Below are positions 24,882 through 37,069 of a stretch of DNA of 64,000 nucleotides, piece by piece. Position numbers and translations under genes: made by a program. This DNA is from Camelus ferus (taxonomy: Eukaryota). Below the pieces are notes generated by a model. It was not told the DNA's origin, did no database searches, and was given only the letters and a program-made list of their open reading frames with translations. The first letter of the stretch is position 1, and each line of letters opens with the position of its first letter. The stretch covers positions 76,386,001 to 76,450,000 of the forward strand of contig NC_045697.1 in NCBI RefSeq assembly GCF_009834535.1. The letters run 5' to 3'.

Positions 24882-26608
24882 TGTTGTGACACTGGGCCTC
24901 CCTGCTCCTCACCATTGCCTCACCTGGGCCATTTGCCAATGGTGAGCTGCCCCAGCAGCTCAGAACCATTTGCGAGAGTGCTGCAAGGCTCTCCCTTTCA
25001 AGGTGAGAGTCCAGTGACCACAAACAACCTTGCTGGAGCACCCAGAGAGGCACCTCGGTGCTGGCATCAGTGATCACACAGCCCAGCTACCTGGGAGCCG
25101 CACACCAAGCTGTAGCTTTGATGCCTTGCTGGTGGTTACACAGCACGGCACTTAGTGAAAATATACCAGCACAATTTCCTGTGTCCTTTGACCTTTGCTA
25201 TGGGCATGAAATTTGGTGTGTCTACCCTCCTCCCCAATCGGTTTTCCCTTTCCTCAGTCTCCATCGTAAAATAAAGTTCACCTTCAAAAACAGGGCTGCT
25301 GAGAAACACACACACACATCATGCCCATTTCTACTCTCGACCACAGTCCCCTTTCCCCCAGCCCTTTCTCACTCCTGCCTATGTTCTTAGACCCACAGCT
25401 ACCCTTGCCTATGGTTATGATCTGACCCCTACTTCAGGAATTATATACACCTCCACCCCCCTCCCCATTCCCCCCAAATAGTCCCACCATCCACATTCCC
25501 TGCATTGCCTGACACAAAGCAATCCTCTGGAGGAAAGAGTCCAATGCACACTTCTACACAGGCTTTTCTCCCTGGCAAAAGCAACAAGGAAAGCGGCCTG
25601 GTCAACTGTAGAAAGAACTATTGTAGATTTGTGGTCTTGGTCAAGAAATTCTGCTTTACTTGGTTTGGCAATAATAACAACAGTAAAGTAATAATGCTTA
25701 ACTTCCTTTTTTGACACCATTATTTTATGTTAAATTCCTTCAACTTGAAGGTCTTTTAAGATTTATAAGGTAAGATGTTAGTTTCAACTTACTAGATCCC
25801 CCAAGTTGCTCTAAAATGAACACCTAAGTGTCAACATTAATCAATCGCTTCATGCTTTTCTGCAGTGCAAAAATGGAAACAAAGATTACTTTATTCCTAA
25901 ACTTTTTTTTTTCCCTCCATGTTTCTGCCTGGCTTGAACTCAGACTTGTGTTCTATAAAGGAGCGATTAAGTACAGACTTCTGTTTTAATAGGACATATT
26001 TAAGGCAGCCGGGACCGTTCTTCCTGCATTAGGTTGAAAGGTCTTAATCAGAAAGAAAAATTGATTCCTCGTATTGACATACGTGCCACTTATTGTTATG
26101 AGGAGCTATCCATGTAAGCGTATGACAGTTCAGCCTCGCATGAAGATGCAGGTTCCAACACAAGGATGTCTAACTCCAGGCTGCTTGTGTCTGAGTCTTC
26201 CAGTCTGTTGTCAAAGGTGAATTCACACTTCTCCCCCCGCGAAAACATACACTTTTAAAATGTTCTTCTACCTGGCACCTCCCTCCTACTGTCTTCCACC
26301 CCAAACAGATAATCAGTGTATTTCAAAAGGTGCCCTGTTATTGACACAATAACTGGAAGCCCACCAGCTTGCATTTTGTGCTACTAGGCTTCGCTCCTTA
26401 TAGTGTAACAAAGGAGAAGCCTACTAATGATGTTTGCCCACCTCGGCTTGTGCTTGTCTAATGTTTAAAAGGGGTTTTGTTATCATTAGACATTCCTGAA
26501 CAATCGCTCTCTCGGAACATCAAGCACACGGAACGAGAGGTGAGGGTCAGGATGGGGGCGGGGGAGGAGAAAGCAAGGCTTCCTGGTCCAGTCCTCCCTG
26601 CTAGTGCA

Positions 26609-26622
26609 GCGCCATCTAGTGG
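26609..26622 (-). promoter_or_regulatory. Candidate CTCF site (perfect core) in a CpG-retaining patch
   Basis: Minus strand CCACTAGATGGCGC matches CCASYAGRKGGCRS exactly; I count 14 CpGs in 26501-26740. Confidence 0.7.
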
Positions 26623-28221
26623 GGGATTCCAACGCGACGTCAGGAATGAGAACGCTCAGCGTGGTCCTAAGTACAAGAAAGGGGACCTTATGTCCATCCT
26701 CACTCGTGACACGCAATCACTGTTCATCTTTTGCGGATTATACACATTTTGAATTATACACAACAAATATTTAATCTAATTGTTTAATCTTACATTGTCT
26801 CTGACCTGAGGTCTGGGACTCTGGAACTCTCTCTTGATGTGCAGGCAGGGAATGCAAATAATACTGAGATAATCAAAGCAAGCAGTGCCTGGGAAAAGAT
26901 CACAGAGAGCATTCCAAAGTTAGATGAAATAAAATAAAAATTTTCTAATGTGGTTCTTTTTTATAGTTTTATTATCTTTAAAAACTCATTACTGTAAAAT
27001 AAACTTATATGTATAAGTAAATTTTCTAGATAATTGACATTTTTAAGCACCATGATATTTAATAATATTATTTTTAGAGGAATACTGAAGAAAATTAAAT
27101 GTTTCTTCATGACTCAGGATTGTTTATTATGAACACCACTTACTATACAAAGTAACCAGTATAATATTTAGGATGGTTTGCCCCACAGGAAATGGCCCCC
27201 TACTCCTGTTAGTTCTTGTGTCCTCTTTTCATGGCTTTTCTTCCCTGCGTCCACAGCAATTCTACCTTCCTGTAGTATTCTGCTGCACAGCATTTCTTAA
27301 TTGCTTACTTCTTTGAAACTTAATGGTAGGCAATGATATAGCCAAATTTAGTAGAAGTGCATCTAAATTAAGAGTGAGATCCTCTATGGCTCTCTCTTAA
27401 TTAATGGAATCTGTGACACTTCTGACTGTCTTTTTCCACATTATCCTGAGCTGTCATATGTTTTCCAGAAAACTGATGTGTCTGAATAAGTCACCTTCAA
27501 ATAAGTTAAGAGCCAATAGATTTTGGTATAAGATTGGTTAAGGGACATTTACCAAAATATATACTCACAAGGAAAATATAGAAAAAGTCCAATTCAACTG
27601 GTACAACAATCTAAGGAGATAGCATATTAGACGCTCCCAATAGTCCTGTGGTGTCAATGAAATGAAATGTCATGTCAAGGAAATGTTAGTCATTTCATGA
27701 CTAATTTTGGGGCTATTTCCTTTTTGAAACCAAGTGTTTATAAGTGAGAGCTAACGGGACATTCTTTACTTTCTACTTAGTCTCAGATTCCTTTTGGTGG
27801 GACACTGTAGCAGCTGCATATGCTGAGAAGATAGATAGTTACTATCTGTGACATTAGAATCCAGTTCAAGAATGGCAAATGGCCCCCTAGAAGATGATAA
27901 CAGCTGTATGTTGCCCCTACTTATAGGTTAGAACACTGTTAAAACACGTTAAGAGACCAAGATCATGCATGTGATTCCTCTTCCCTGGGACATATCTCCT
28001 TCTGTGAGGTCTACTGTTTATGCCACTTGGAGAGCTCACTTTAAGAAACAGAACACAACATTACAATTAGGTAAGATGGTAATTAGTTAAGAATATTTTC
28101 AAAGAAGTTATAAATACTATAAATATCACAAAATCCAGATTAACAGAATTTTTTTTTATTAATTTACTGCCTGACACTTTACAATGTTTTTCACTTTCTC
28201 AACCGCATACTCTTTGATTGT

Positions 28222-28360
28222 CTCTTTTTCTTTTCTTTTTTTCTTCCTTTCTTTCTCTTTCTTTCTTTCTCTCTTTAATTTAATGGAGGTACTAGGGATT
28301 GAACCCAGGACTTTGTACATGCTAAGCATGCACTCTACACACAGAACTATTTTCCTTCCC
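28222..28360 (-). mobile_element. tRNA-Ala-derived SINE (Vic-1-like), antisense
   Basis: tggaggtactagggattgaacccaggactttgtacatgctaagcatgcactctac is the reverse complement of the SINE head; preceded by a T/CT-rich tail. Confidence 0.88.
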
Positions 28361-28619
28361 GCTAATTGCCTCTTTGAATGACAATTCTGTTGTACAATTT
28401 TTTAAAATAAAAACAATGACGTATACTTCAGTCTTTCCTCTAGCACAGGCTTGGCAAATATTTAGAAACAATGGGAATAAAGTGAATAGTGAAAATACAG
28501 AATCTCTATTGATGGATGAATTTCACCATTTGAAGTGAGTAAACCAAGAGAATATCAGTTAATGTGGGAAGATCTCGTTGGGGTTATTCTGAAAATGATT
28601 TTGGTATCTTCAATAAAAG

Positions 28620-28770
28620 GAGGGAACACAGAACAGCGTTTAAGAGCGTGGACCACTTACAGCTGTGCAACATGGGCAACAATCCTCTGCACTGCAGTTC
28701 ACTAATATATCATTCATGAAACTGTCAGGAGGATTAAACAAGAAAGTTAATGTAATACACTTAATATAGA
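28620..28770 (+). mobile_element. MIR SINE fragment
   Basis: ttaagagcgtggaccacttacagctgtgcaacatgggcaa...ctctgcactgcagttc...gaggattaaac. Confidence 0.6.
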
Positions 28771-29259
28771 GCTTGTTTTGTTGTTGTTTACCTTTGCTTC
28801 TGAGTTGTTTTGCCTTGAATATTAACAATAGAACAAAAAACAAAAATAAAATCTCCCCAAGTAATGCTGACCCACAGTCAGGATTGGAAACTACCAGACC
28901 ACATGTGTACCAAGAATTTAGTTACTTTGATGGGAGATGCCTTGGAGGTGAGGTGAGAGAGAAAGTAGTAAAATAATTCCTTATATGGTGAAGAAGAAAC
29001 ATGCTCATTTTAAGCCAGGCTTTACTGCCACACAAATGATGGATTTAAAGACTTGTTTAGTCATGTTTCCAAATCTCAAAATAAAGTTTAAAAAAAAAGG
29101 TGCTTTAGGTCAACAATATTAAAATCAAGTCAAATGTATCTGAAAATTGCCAAATTTCTAGTGCTTCAAGGCCAAAGTTTTTTTTTTTTTAACTATAAAA
29201 TGTGTTTTTAAGGTGTCTTGAATGGGACGCAGCACCAGTGTTTTGTTCTCCCCACAGGA

Positions 29260-29470
29260 CGGGCTTTGGTGCCACACAGGCCCATGTCTGGGTCTGAGTT
29301 TTGCCACTCACTCTCCATGTGGAATGATTAACCTCTCCAAAGTGGTTCACTTTTCTATAAAATAAGATTAATTGGATCTACCACATATCTTTGCTACAAG
29401 GCTTGAGTGAAAGTGAATGGCATGCTTCTAGCACAGTTCTGACATATTCTGGCACTTAACAAAAGTAAGC
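29260..29470 (+). mobile_element. MIR SINE fragment
   Basis: gggctttggtgccacacag...ttgccactcact...ttaacctctcc...ctataaaataag...ctagcacagttctgacata. Confidence 0.55.
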
Positions 29471-29682
29471 TATTATTATCATCATCATTTTTATTATTCT
29501 CATTTGGTTGGGAATGTGAAACTTTTGTTTTGGCTTTTGGTTTTTCGTTTATGAATTTTATTTCCTCTGAGAGCTGTATCAGGTTCATATATTATCTTGT
29601 TGGGCCTTCTCATTTATAACTCAACACTCTGAGGCACTGACAGATTTAAATACCCAGAGTGCTTTACCAAAAGTAGAATAGC

Positions 29683-29684
<2 letters not shown>

Positions 29685-29722
<38 letters not shown>
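29685..29722. repeat. (GT)19 microsatellite
   Basis: Perfect GT run. Confidence 0.97.
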
Positions 29723-29724
<2 letters not shown>

Positions 29725-29974
29725 ATGTTCTGATATCTTGCATTCAATTTATCTTTAAAATGGTACTTATATATGCAAGTAGCTAGAAAAAATAATCAAA
29801 ATGGCATAGAAATTTAAAAAATTAACTTTTGGAGCACTTTTGGAAGTGTCCATGTATTTCTATAAAATATTCCAAGATGCACCTTATTCACTTGTACTTA
29901 GCTTCCTGGTGACTTGAGCCCCTTACAGGTGAAATGGGGATAAGGAGACTGACCTAGTAAGATTTACAGAGTGT

Positions 29975-30320
29975 CATTCATTCAAGACATTTATTAAGTG
30001 CAGCAGTGAATGAGACAGACATGGTCCCAGCCCTCATGGAGCTTACAGTCTAACAGGAATAGCAGACACTGAGTAGTGTAATGTGTGTTATGAGGGAAGA
30101 GTGCAGAGGACAATGGGAGCCTACAACAGGCTACTGTCATCTAGTCTGAGGAAGTGGCATTTGGATTTGTAGGAGTTAAAGTTTATTATGGAAAGAGGAT
30201 TAGAGAGCAGGGTAAAAATTGGTTGCACAAAGCAATCCAGCCATTCATTCATGTATTTATATCAACAAGTAACCAATGAGATGGACAATCCCTTCCTTCA
30301 TGGAGCTTACATTCTAATAT
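29975..30320 (-). mobile_element. L2 LINE 3' fragments
   Basis: cattcattcaagacatttattaagtg...agacatggtcccagccctcatggagcttacagtcta. Confidence 0.7.
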
Positions 30321-31461
30321 GTATATGAAGCACTCAGCACAATGCCTAGGGTACAGGAGGCACTTAGTCAAAGGTAAGGCCCTCGTCCTTAAGCCTCATG
30401 TACTCACACAGGTTGTCTTTGCTCTCATCAAGTCTTATCTGGGCTATTCCAGCAGCATTTCCCACTTAGCCCATCTGCTACTCAGCCATCAAAGTCATCA
30501 TCCAAAACCACTTATCATTTAATGCTCTACAGGGCTGTGTCTGTTTTTGGAGCATTTACTGGAGGAAATTTCATTCAGCTGTTCTGCAGAACCCTAAAAC
30601 TGAGATCAGTTTCTTTGTGGGTTGGTTACTGTTAGCCACACTGCACCCTGTATTTGGAACACCCACTGTGAGGATAGAAGTCTTCTGAGCTTTGGGGAGC
30701 TGATGTTACAATAGCAAACCGAAATGTGGTGTTAGCCCTGTCAGAGATGAAAATACATTTCCAACTTGAAATGTCTGGACCAAAGATTTGATAATCACCT
30801 ATGAGTCAATAAGTTTCCATGTGGGGTGCCAAATGATTGCAACAGATAACCCAGGATCAGGCTGAATCAGTAAGGCTACACAATAAAGAAATAGAGACAG
30901 TGAGCTTGACATATTGCAAAAGCAATAATGAGTGCCAGATTAATTCCTCCAATCGCTAGACTGCATTCAGCCTATCTCAGAACAGCCCAGAGACTATTAC
31001 TTAATGTGTACGTTTCTTTTTTACTTAGAGTATTCAGTTGCTGGTTCAATGCATAGAAAGTGGATTTTAAAATCAGGTTGCTTCAAAAGTTGGTTTCGGG
31101 GGAACTTCCAGAAAAGCATCACCTTGTGTAAGATTTTGTTTCTCATTTCCACCAAATCATTGTTATGCAAAAATTCCCCACGCAACTGAAGTTCTGTGTG
31201 TGCGTGTTTTAAAAAAAAAAAAAAACCCAGCATAACCTTTGAAAATCGTATTCACTTAAATATCTAATTTTAAAAATATAGTCCTTTTCTTTTTGCTTGT
31301 TATTATTATAGTAGTTGAAAACATTATTTGAGGGCAAGGAAAAATGAAGTTTGAAAAAACAGAGTTCTTCAAATCTCCAAAATCTTCATTGAATGACCTG
31401 TGATATATCTTTGGCAAATACAACATTTAGAAAAAGAACAGTTTTTTTTTCCTTCTATCTC

Positions 31462-31960
31462 TGTTAGGGTTATACTGGTTGCACGTGACAGAAAATAAAA
31501 ATGAAGTTAGTCTAAAATAAAAATGTATTTACTCACATAATTAAAGTATCCAAATTGAGCCAAGATTCATTTTTCTTCCTCTTTTTTTCTCCTTTCTCAG
31601 AGCCCAAGTAATCAGAATAAGTCTACCAACAGCTTTCTGGACTACGTCTTTCTGGCTGCTAATTCAGAAGAAAAGAGCAAATGTTTTTCTCCCTGCATTC
31701 TTAGCATATTTTCTATGATTTGTTCTGATTGAAACAACATGGGTCACATGACGGCCCTTGAATCAATCTCTGTGGTCAGGGAAATGCAGTGTGGTGACTG
31801 GTTCACGGCAGAGTCATGTGCTTCACTCCTGGGACTGTAAGTAGAACCCTATGCGGGCCACCTGGGAAGAAAACAGGAGGAGAAGATCCACACTTCAAAG
31901 CCAAGGCTGTTGCTGGAAGGAGGGGAAATGGATGCTGGGGAGATAAACAACTAACATTCA
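31462..31960 (-). mobile_element. MaLR LTR (MLT1K/L-like)
   Basis: tgttagggttatactggttgcacgtgacagaaaa...ttctgattgaaacaacatgggtcacatg...tgaatcaatctctgtggtcagggaaatg...ggaaatggatgctgggg. Confidence 0.7.
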
Positions 31961-32439
31961 CTTTAGCTTAAATCCCACTTTTCACCAAGTCCCACTGAGT
32001 GCTTTCTCTCTGTTTACATGTCACTGGTCTGTCTGTCTGTCTGTCTCCTTTATGCACTATTCTGAAACCAGAGACACCTTCCTGAGGAAGGGGGGATGCC
32101 TACTTCTACTCCTTTCCTGCTTCTTAAAAATAATTTTTAACCTCCTATTGCCTGCAGAGTGCTTATCAATCTGGGATACATACCTCCAAAAGTTATGGCA
32201 GTATGCTGGAGGACTAAAATATAGAATAAACTGGAGATGTCTTTCTTGGCCATCATTTTCATTTGAGGATTTAAAAAAATAGACTATGTCTATATTATCA
32301 GATATAAATATATTATGTAGTAGGATTACAAAAATTCACATGAATTCAGAAAAACCACAAGACTTCAAAATGCTGTGCGTTCAGTTGCATGTTTAGTGCA
32401 ATGTCCCATGTTCCCCTCATATACGAGTTTACTTGCTTC

Positions 32440-33060
32440 AAGATAAAACCCCAAATTCTTAGCTTGGCCCACCAGATTATATGCAATCAGACACCAGTCT
32501 CTGTAGCCTCATTCTCCTACTCTCTTCTCACAATTATCTCCTGCTCCCCTGAACTTTTCCCTGTTCTCCAAATGTCTAATATGACTGTTTATTCATATTA
32601 TGTTTTTTGTCAAAGGTGCCCTTTCCCACTCCACTTCTACACCAAGAAAACCTTTATTCATTCTTCAGTACCCAACTCAATTCAGTATTATTCAATCCAA
32701 TATTATTTCCACAGCAAAGCACATCATAATCAAATATTATTCCCTTTGTAAAGTTTTTCCTTTTTGATAATGAGCCACCTCCCAATTTTTGACTCCTAGA
32801 ATATTTTATTTATGCCACTGTTATAACACAAAGTTCATTATACTGAAGTTGGGTTTTTGAGGGCTGTGTCTGTCTCTTCCTGACTCTTCCTGTCAGATTC
32901 TAGTCACTCTGATAACCCCAGCATCTAATGCATGATTGGCAAATCAGTATGTACTGATTGACCAACCCGAGGACTGATATTGTGCTTCATTCTTATCTGT
33001 ACTTGCAGTGTCTAATACAAAACCAGAGGAGGAGCTCAAACACATACTGAACGAATTAGT
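32440..33060 (+). mobile_element. L2 LINE fragments
   Basis: gataaaaccccaaattcttagcttggcc...ctgtgtctgtct...acccagcatctaatgcatgattggc. Confidence 0.5.
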
Positions 33061-33319
33061 ACTCAATTATAAGATTTTGAACATTTAATACCAGGTCCTG
33101 GAGATACTTTAAGCTTCGTTTCTGAAATTAAGGGAATGGGGAAAGGTAAAGATCAGAGAAAAATGAACAGCGATTTCAATGGGCCAAATTCTTGGGCAAA
33201 ATCAGGGGCCACAGGCAACCGCTTATTGGCCCTTTTTTTCTCTGCAACCTAAGTAATGAAGCCAATTCCTAAAGGAAAGAGAGGACAGCCTGAGGGCAGT
33301 GGCTCAGCATTAATGCAAT

Positions 33320-33795
33320 GCCTTTGGCTTCAAGTAATAGACAACCTCAACTTAGCAATTTAAGCAATAAAGAATATTTAAGTAGGATGTTAAGTAGAGT
33401 GCAAATACCAAGGTTAGAATCTAGGTTACTTCCATCTTTCCTTTCTGCCAACCCCAACATCTCGGCTTTGTCCTTGGCTGGCTCTCTTCCTGGTTGACTC
33501 CAGAGTTTTCTGTCGTGCAGGCATGACAATGTCCAGTGCATGTTCAACTCTTTATGACTTCATGACTATTTTAATAATAATAAAAAGCTGTTCCCAGATC
33601 TCCCCTCACATCTCACTGGACAGAATGCTCATACCCAGAGAAATGAACCACTGGGATTGGCTAAACACAGTCACGTTTTAATTAGGACTGGATGCCAGTA
33701 AAGGATGTGTGAACATCTGAACAAAAGTTGGATTTGGGTTGCACAGAAAGAAAAGAGAATTTACTGTAAGGCAGGTGACGAACAGGGTCATCTAT
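33320..33795 (-). mobile_element. MaLR LTR fragment (MLT1)
   Basis: ctttggcttcaagtaatagacaacctcaacttagcaatttaagcaataaag...tcccctcacatctcactggacagaa. Confidence 0.55.
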
Positions 33796-34094
33796 AGACT
33801 CTTTTGTTATTTGCTGATGGAGAATAATTTTTGGAGCAATAAAAGAGTAGCAGCCCAAAGGCAGGTAAGGTCCTGCTGTAAGGAAATTCCAGTGTAAAAG
33901 CCATTATCCACATTTTTAAAATCATGTCTTATTTAATACTCTATGGAGAAAGTAAGATATGAAAGTTTATAATTACAATTATATAGATTTTAAAATCTGC
34001 TTAGAAAAAAAGATTAGAAATAGTCCAAAATGGTGGTGTTGGGTGGTTGGATGTAGGGTGATTTTTTTTTCATTTATTTGTTTAAAAGTTTTGT

Positions 34095-34817
34095 ATCTCC
34101 TAGAGCAGTCTACCCAAGAAATAGAAATAAAAGCAAGAATAAACAAATGGGACCTAATGAAAATTACAAGCTCCTGCACAGCAAAGGAAACCATAAGTAA
34201 AACAAAAAGACAACCTATGGAATGGGAGAAAATTTTTGCAAGTGAAACTGACAAAGGCTTGATCTCCAGAATATGTAAGCAGCTCACATGATTTAATAAG
34301 AAAAAAACAAACAACCCAATCCAAAATTGGGCATAAGACCTAAACAAGCAATTCTCCAAGGAAGAAATACAAATGATCAATAGGCAGATGAAAAAATGCT
34401 CAATATCACTAATTATCAGAGAAATGCAAATCAAAACTACGATGAGGTATCACCTCACACCAGTCAGAATGGCCATCATTCAAAAGTCCACAAATGACAC
34501 ATGCTGGAGAGGCTGTGGCGAAAAGGGAACCCTCCTACACTGCTGGTGGGAATGCAGTTTGGTGCAGCCACTGTGGAAAACAGTATGGAGATTCCTCAAA
34601 AGGACTAGGAATAGACTTACCGTATGACCCAGGAATCCCACTCCTGGGCATATATCCAGAAGGAACCCTACTTCAAAGTGACACCTGCAGCCCAATGTTC
34701 ATAGCAGCACTATTTACAATAGCCAAGACATGGAGAAGCCTAAATGTACATCAATGGATGACTTGATAAAGAAGAGGTGATATATTTATACAATGGAATA
34801 CTACTCAGCCATAAAAA
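34095..34817 (+). mobile_element. Relatively young L1 ORF2 3' fragment, truncated at both ends
   Basis: Translates to [22 protein letters not shown]...[21 protein letters not shown]...[32 protein letters not shown] with a few stops and frameshifts; similarity ends at tactcagccataaaaa. Confidence 0.93.
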
Positions 34818-35514
34818 TCCAAAACCCTGTAACAGCCTTGGGTGTTGGTGCTGACTTAGGGTCAATGTCTGACTAAATCTATGTCAATCGTATTTAAATG
34901 TAACTTTCCATTGGTTGTGTGAGATTTTATTTGGAGGAAAGCACATGGGGGGGGGTTTGTTTGTTTTATTTTTTCTGATTGTATTTTTGTCTCGTCTAGG
35001 TCTGAGCCATGCTTTTCCTTTCTCTGAAGTCCCCCTCATCATGTCTGTGTGTCCACCAGGTCAACATCTATGATAGCATTCATTCTTGGCTTCCTCACCA
35101 CTCCCATTTTCACACACCTCTCATCATTTCCTTCATAACTATAATCTAGAATCATGCTGGAGCTCTAGGGTGTGGGGATAAATGCCTCTTCAAATGTGAC
35201 CTGAAGAGGTCATCTGTCACCAGAAAGGACTCTTGCACCTTGAGAAAAGACCTTGACCTCCTGGGATTATTCTACTCTCGGGGATATTTGTGCCTGAACT
35301 GAACCAGAAGAGATTATTTAAATCTCTTTATTTGTGGCAAGTCATACAGGGGGCAGGGTGAATGGTCGTTAGGCTGATTTTCCATCACATATTTGGCAGT
35401 GGGAAGTTGGCTTCCTCCTGTGTCAAGGGAGGAAGCTTGTGGGACTACCCTCATTTCACGTGGTGTTCAGCAGCCAGAGATGGTCAAAGTTTGAAAGCAA
35501 CTGCTCATACGGAC

Positions 35515-36330
35515 CTGGGTGCATCTTCACTTGGTCTCCAGGACACCACTCTCTCCTATCTCTTCCTACTCTACTGACCACTTCTACAAAGTCTCCTTTG
35601 CTGGTTCCTCTTCATGTTCCCAACCATTAAAATATCAGAGTATCTGAGATTTCAGTCACTGGGTCTTTTCACTCCTGTATCTACATAACATTCTCTTTCT
35701 GATCTCATCCTCTCCCCTGGCTTTAAATACCACCTGAAAGCAGATGGTCCCAAATTTCTGTCTCTAGCCTGAACTACTTTTTCAACTCCAGACATCTCCT
35801 CTTGGATGTCTAATAAACATCTAAAAGTAAACATGTCCAACCCTGGACTCTTGCTTCTCTGCCCTAAATGTACTTTATCTACAATTTTAGCCATCTTAGT
35901 AAGTGACAAACTCACTCTTCCAGTTGTTTAAGCAAAAGCTTGGAGTCATCTTGAATCTTCTCTTATCACATTCAACATCCAGTCCATCAGCAAACCCTTT
36001 TTGCCTCTACCTTTAATATCTATTCTTAATATGATCACTTGTTACCTCCACCACTGCCTTAGGGCAAGCCATGGCATCTCTTTTCCTAGAAGATCAGAAT
36101 AGCCACCAAACTGGTCTCTTTGATTTTCTTCCTTACTTCTGTAGTGTATTCTCCACAAAAGAAAGTAGCTCTTTAAAATATAAATCAGATCATGTCAATT
36201 CTCTGTTCATAACCCTCGAAAATATCCCGTCTCATTCATGAAAATAAACTACAACATCCTTACTGTTGTTCCATGGATGGGAAGCCTAATGTGATTCATC
36301 CCCCTGTTCTGTTCTTATTCTGCTACAGCC
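35515..36330 (+). mobile_element. L2 LINE (L2a-like) long fragment
   Basis: ggtctccaggacaccactctctcc...ggctttaaataccacct...gacatctcctcttggatgtctaataaacatct...catccagtccatcagcaaa...aaatcagatcatgtca. Confidence 0.85.
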
Positions 36331-36353
36331 CTCCTGAATTACTGCACTTGAGT

Positions 36354-36608
36354 CAGGGTTAACTTACCCATTAGGCAGCAGGCACAGTTCTGAAGACCCA
36401 TAATACTTTTAGGACAAAAGCTTTTAATTTATTTTAAAAACAGAAGAAAAAAGTAGGTTAAAAACAACATTTTAACATATAATATTAATATATTTGTCTT
36501 TATACCAACAGAGTCATAAAATAGAGTTTGTAGTATTTCTTTTTAATGTAGGAAGGGACCCACAAAGGTTAAATTGCCTAGGAACTGTGAAAATTTTCAT
36601 AAAGTGGG
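36354..36608 (+). mobile_element. hAT-Tip100 MITE (ORSL-like), copy 1
   Basis: caggg...cccattaggcagcaggcacag...atataatattaatatatttgtctttataccaac...ggaagggacccacaaagg; homologous to 49521-49777. Confidence 0.7.
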
Positions 36609-36737
36609 AAAGCTAAGGAATCGTTCCCTCCTTTTTGGTTTTGCATCTCCTGTTGGAGCCCACACATCATTTTCAGTGACTGTTTTCCTTTCTTGAGCTC
36701 AGCACCTTCCCAAATGAGTTCAGAACCCCACTTCACA

Positions 36738-37069
36738 AAATAAATAAAGGACACAAATGAACAACTTATTATTTATAACTTAGATGACTGATTTCTTGAG
36801 TATGTGTAAGCACATTTGACTGTCCTTTATGATTGGATTACCACATTCTGTTGATTCTTATTTTGTGGTTGGCTTTATTTATTTGATAACTATGTAAGTT
36901 AAAAAAGCTAAAGCTCTAATCTGTTCTTAGAAACAATGATCAGTACACATATGTAAACTAAAAAAAAATGTGTAGTATATTGTATATATGTATTTACATG
37001 CAATATAATGTGTATGTGTGGTCAGACTGTAATAAATCTACTTAATTAAACTTAGAAAAGGGAAAAAAA
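36738..37069 (+). other. Unclassified retroposed insertion (3'UTR retrocopy or orphan transduction) with 16-bp TSD
   Basis: agaaccccacttcaca at 36722-36737 and 37070-37085; AATAAA at 37031-37036; A-rich tail before the right repeat. Confidence 0.7.

Noticed and set aside
23750..30315. Recurring cctcatggagcttac motif as a novel repeat or CRISPR-like array
   Set aside because: It is a conserved part of the L2 3' end and is irregularly spaced; there is no array structure and the DNA is eukaryotic.
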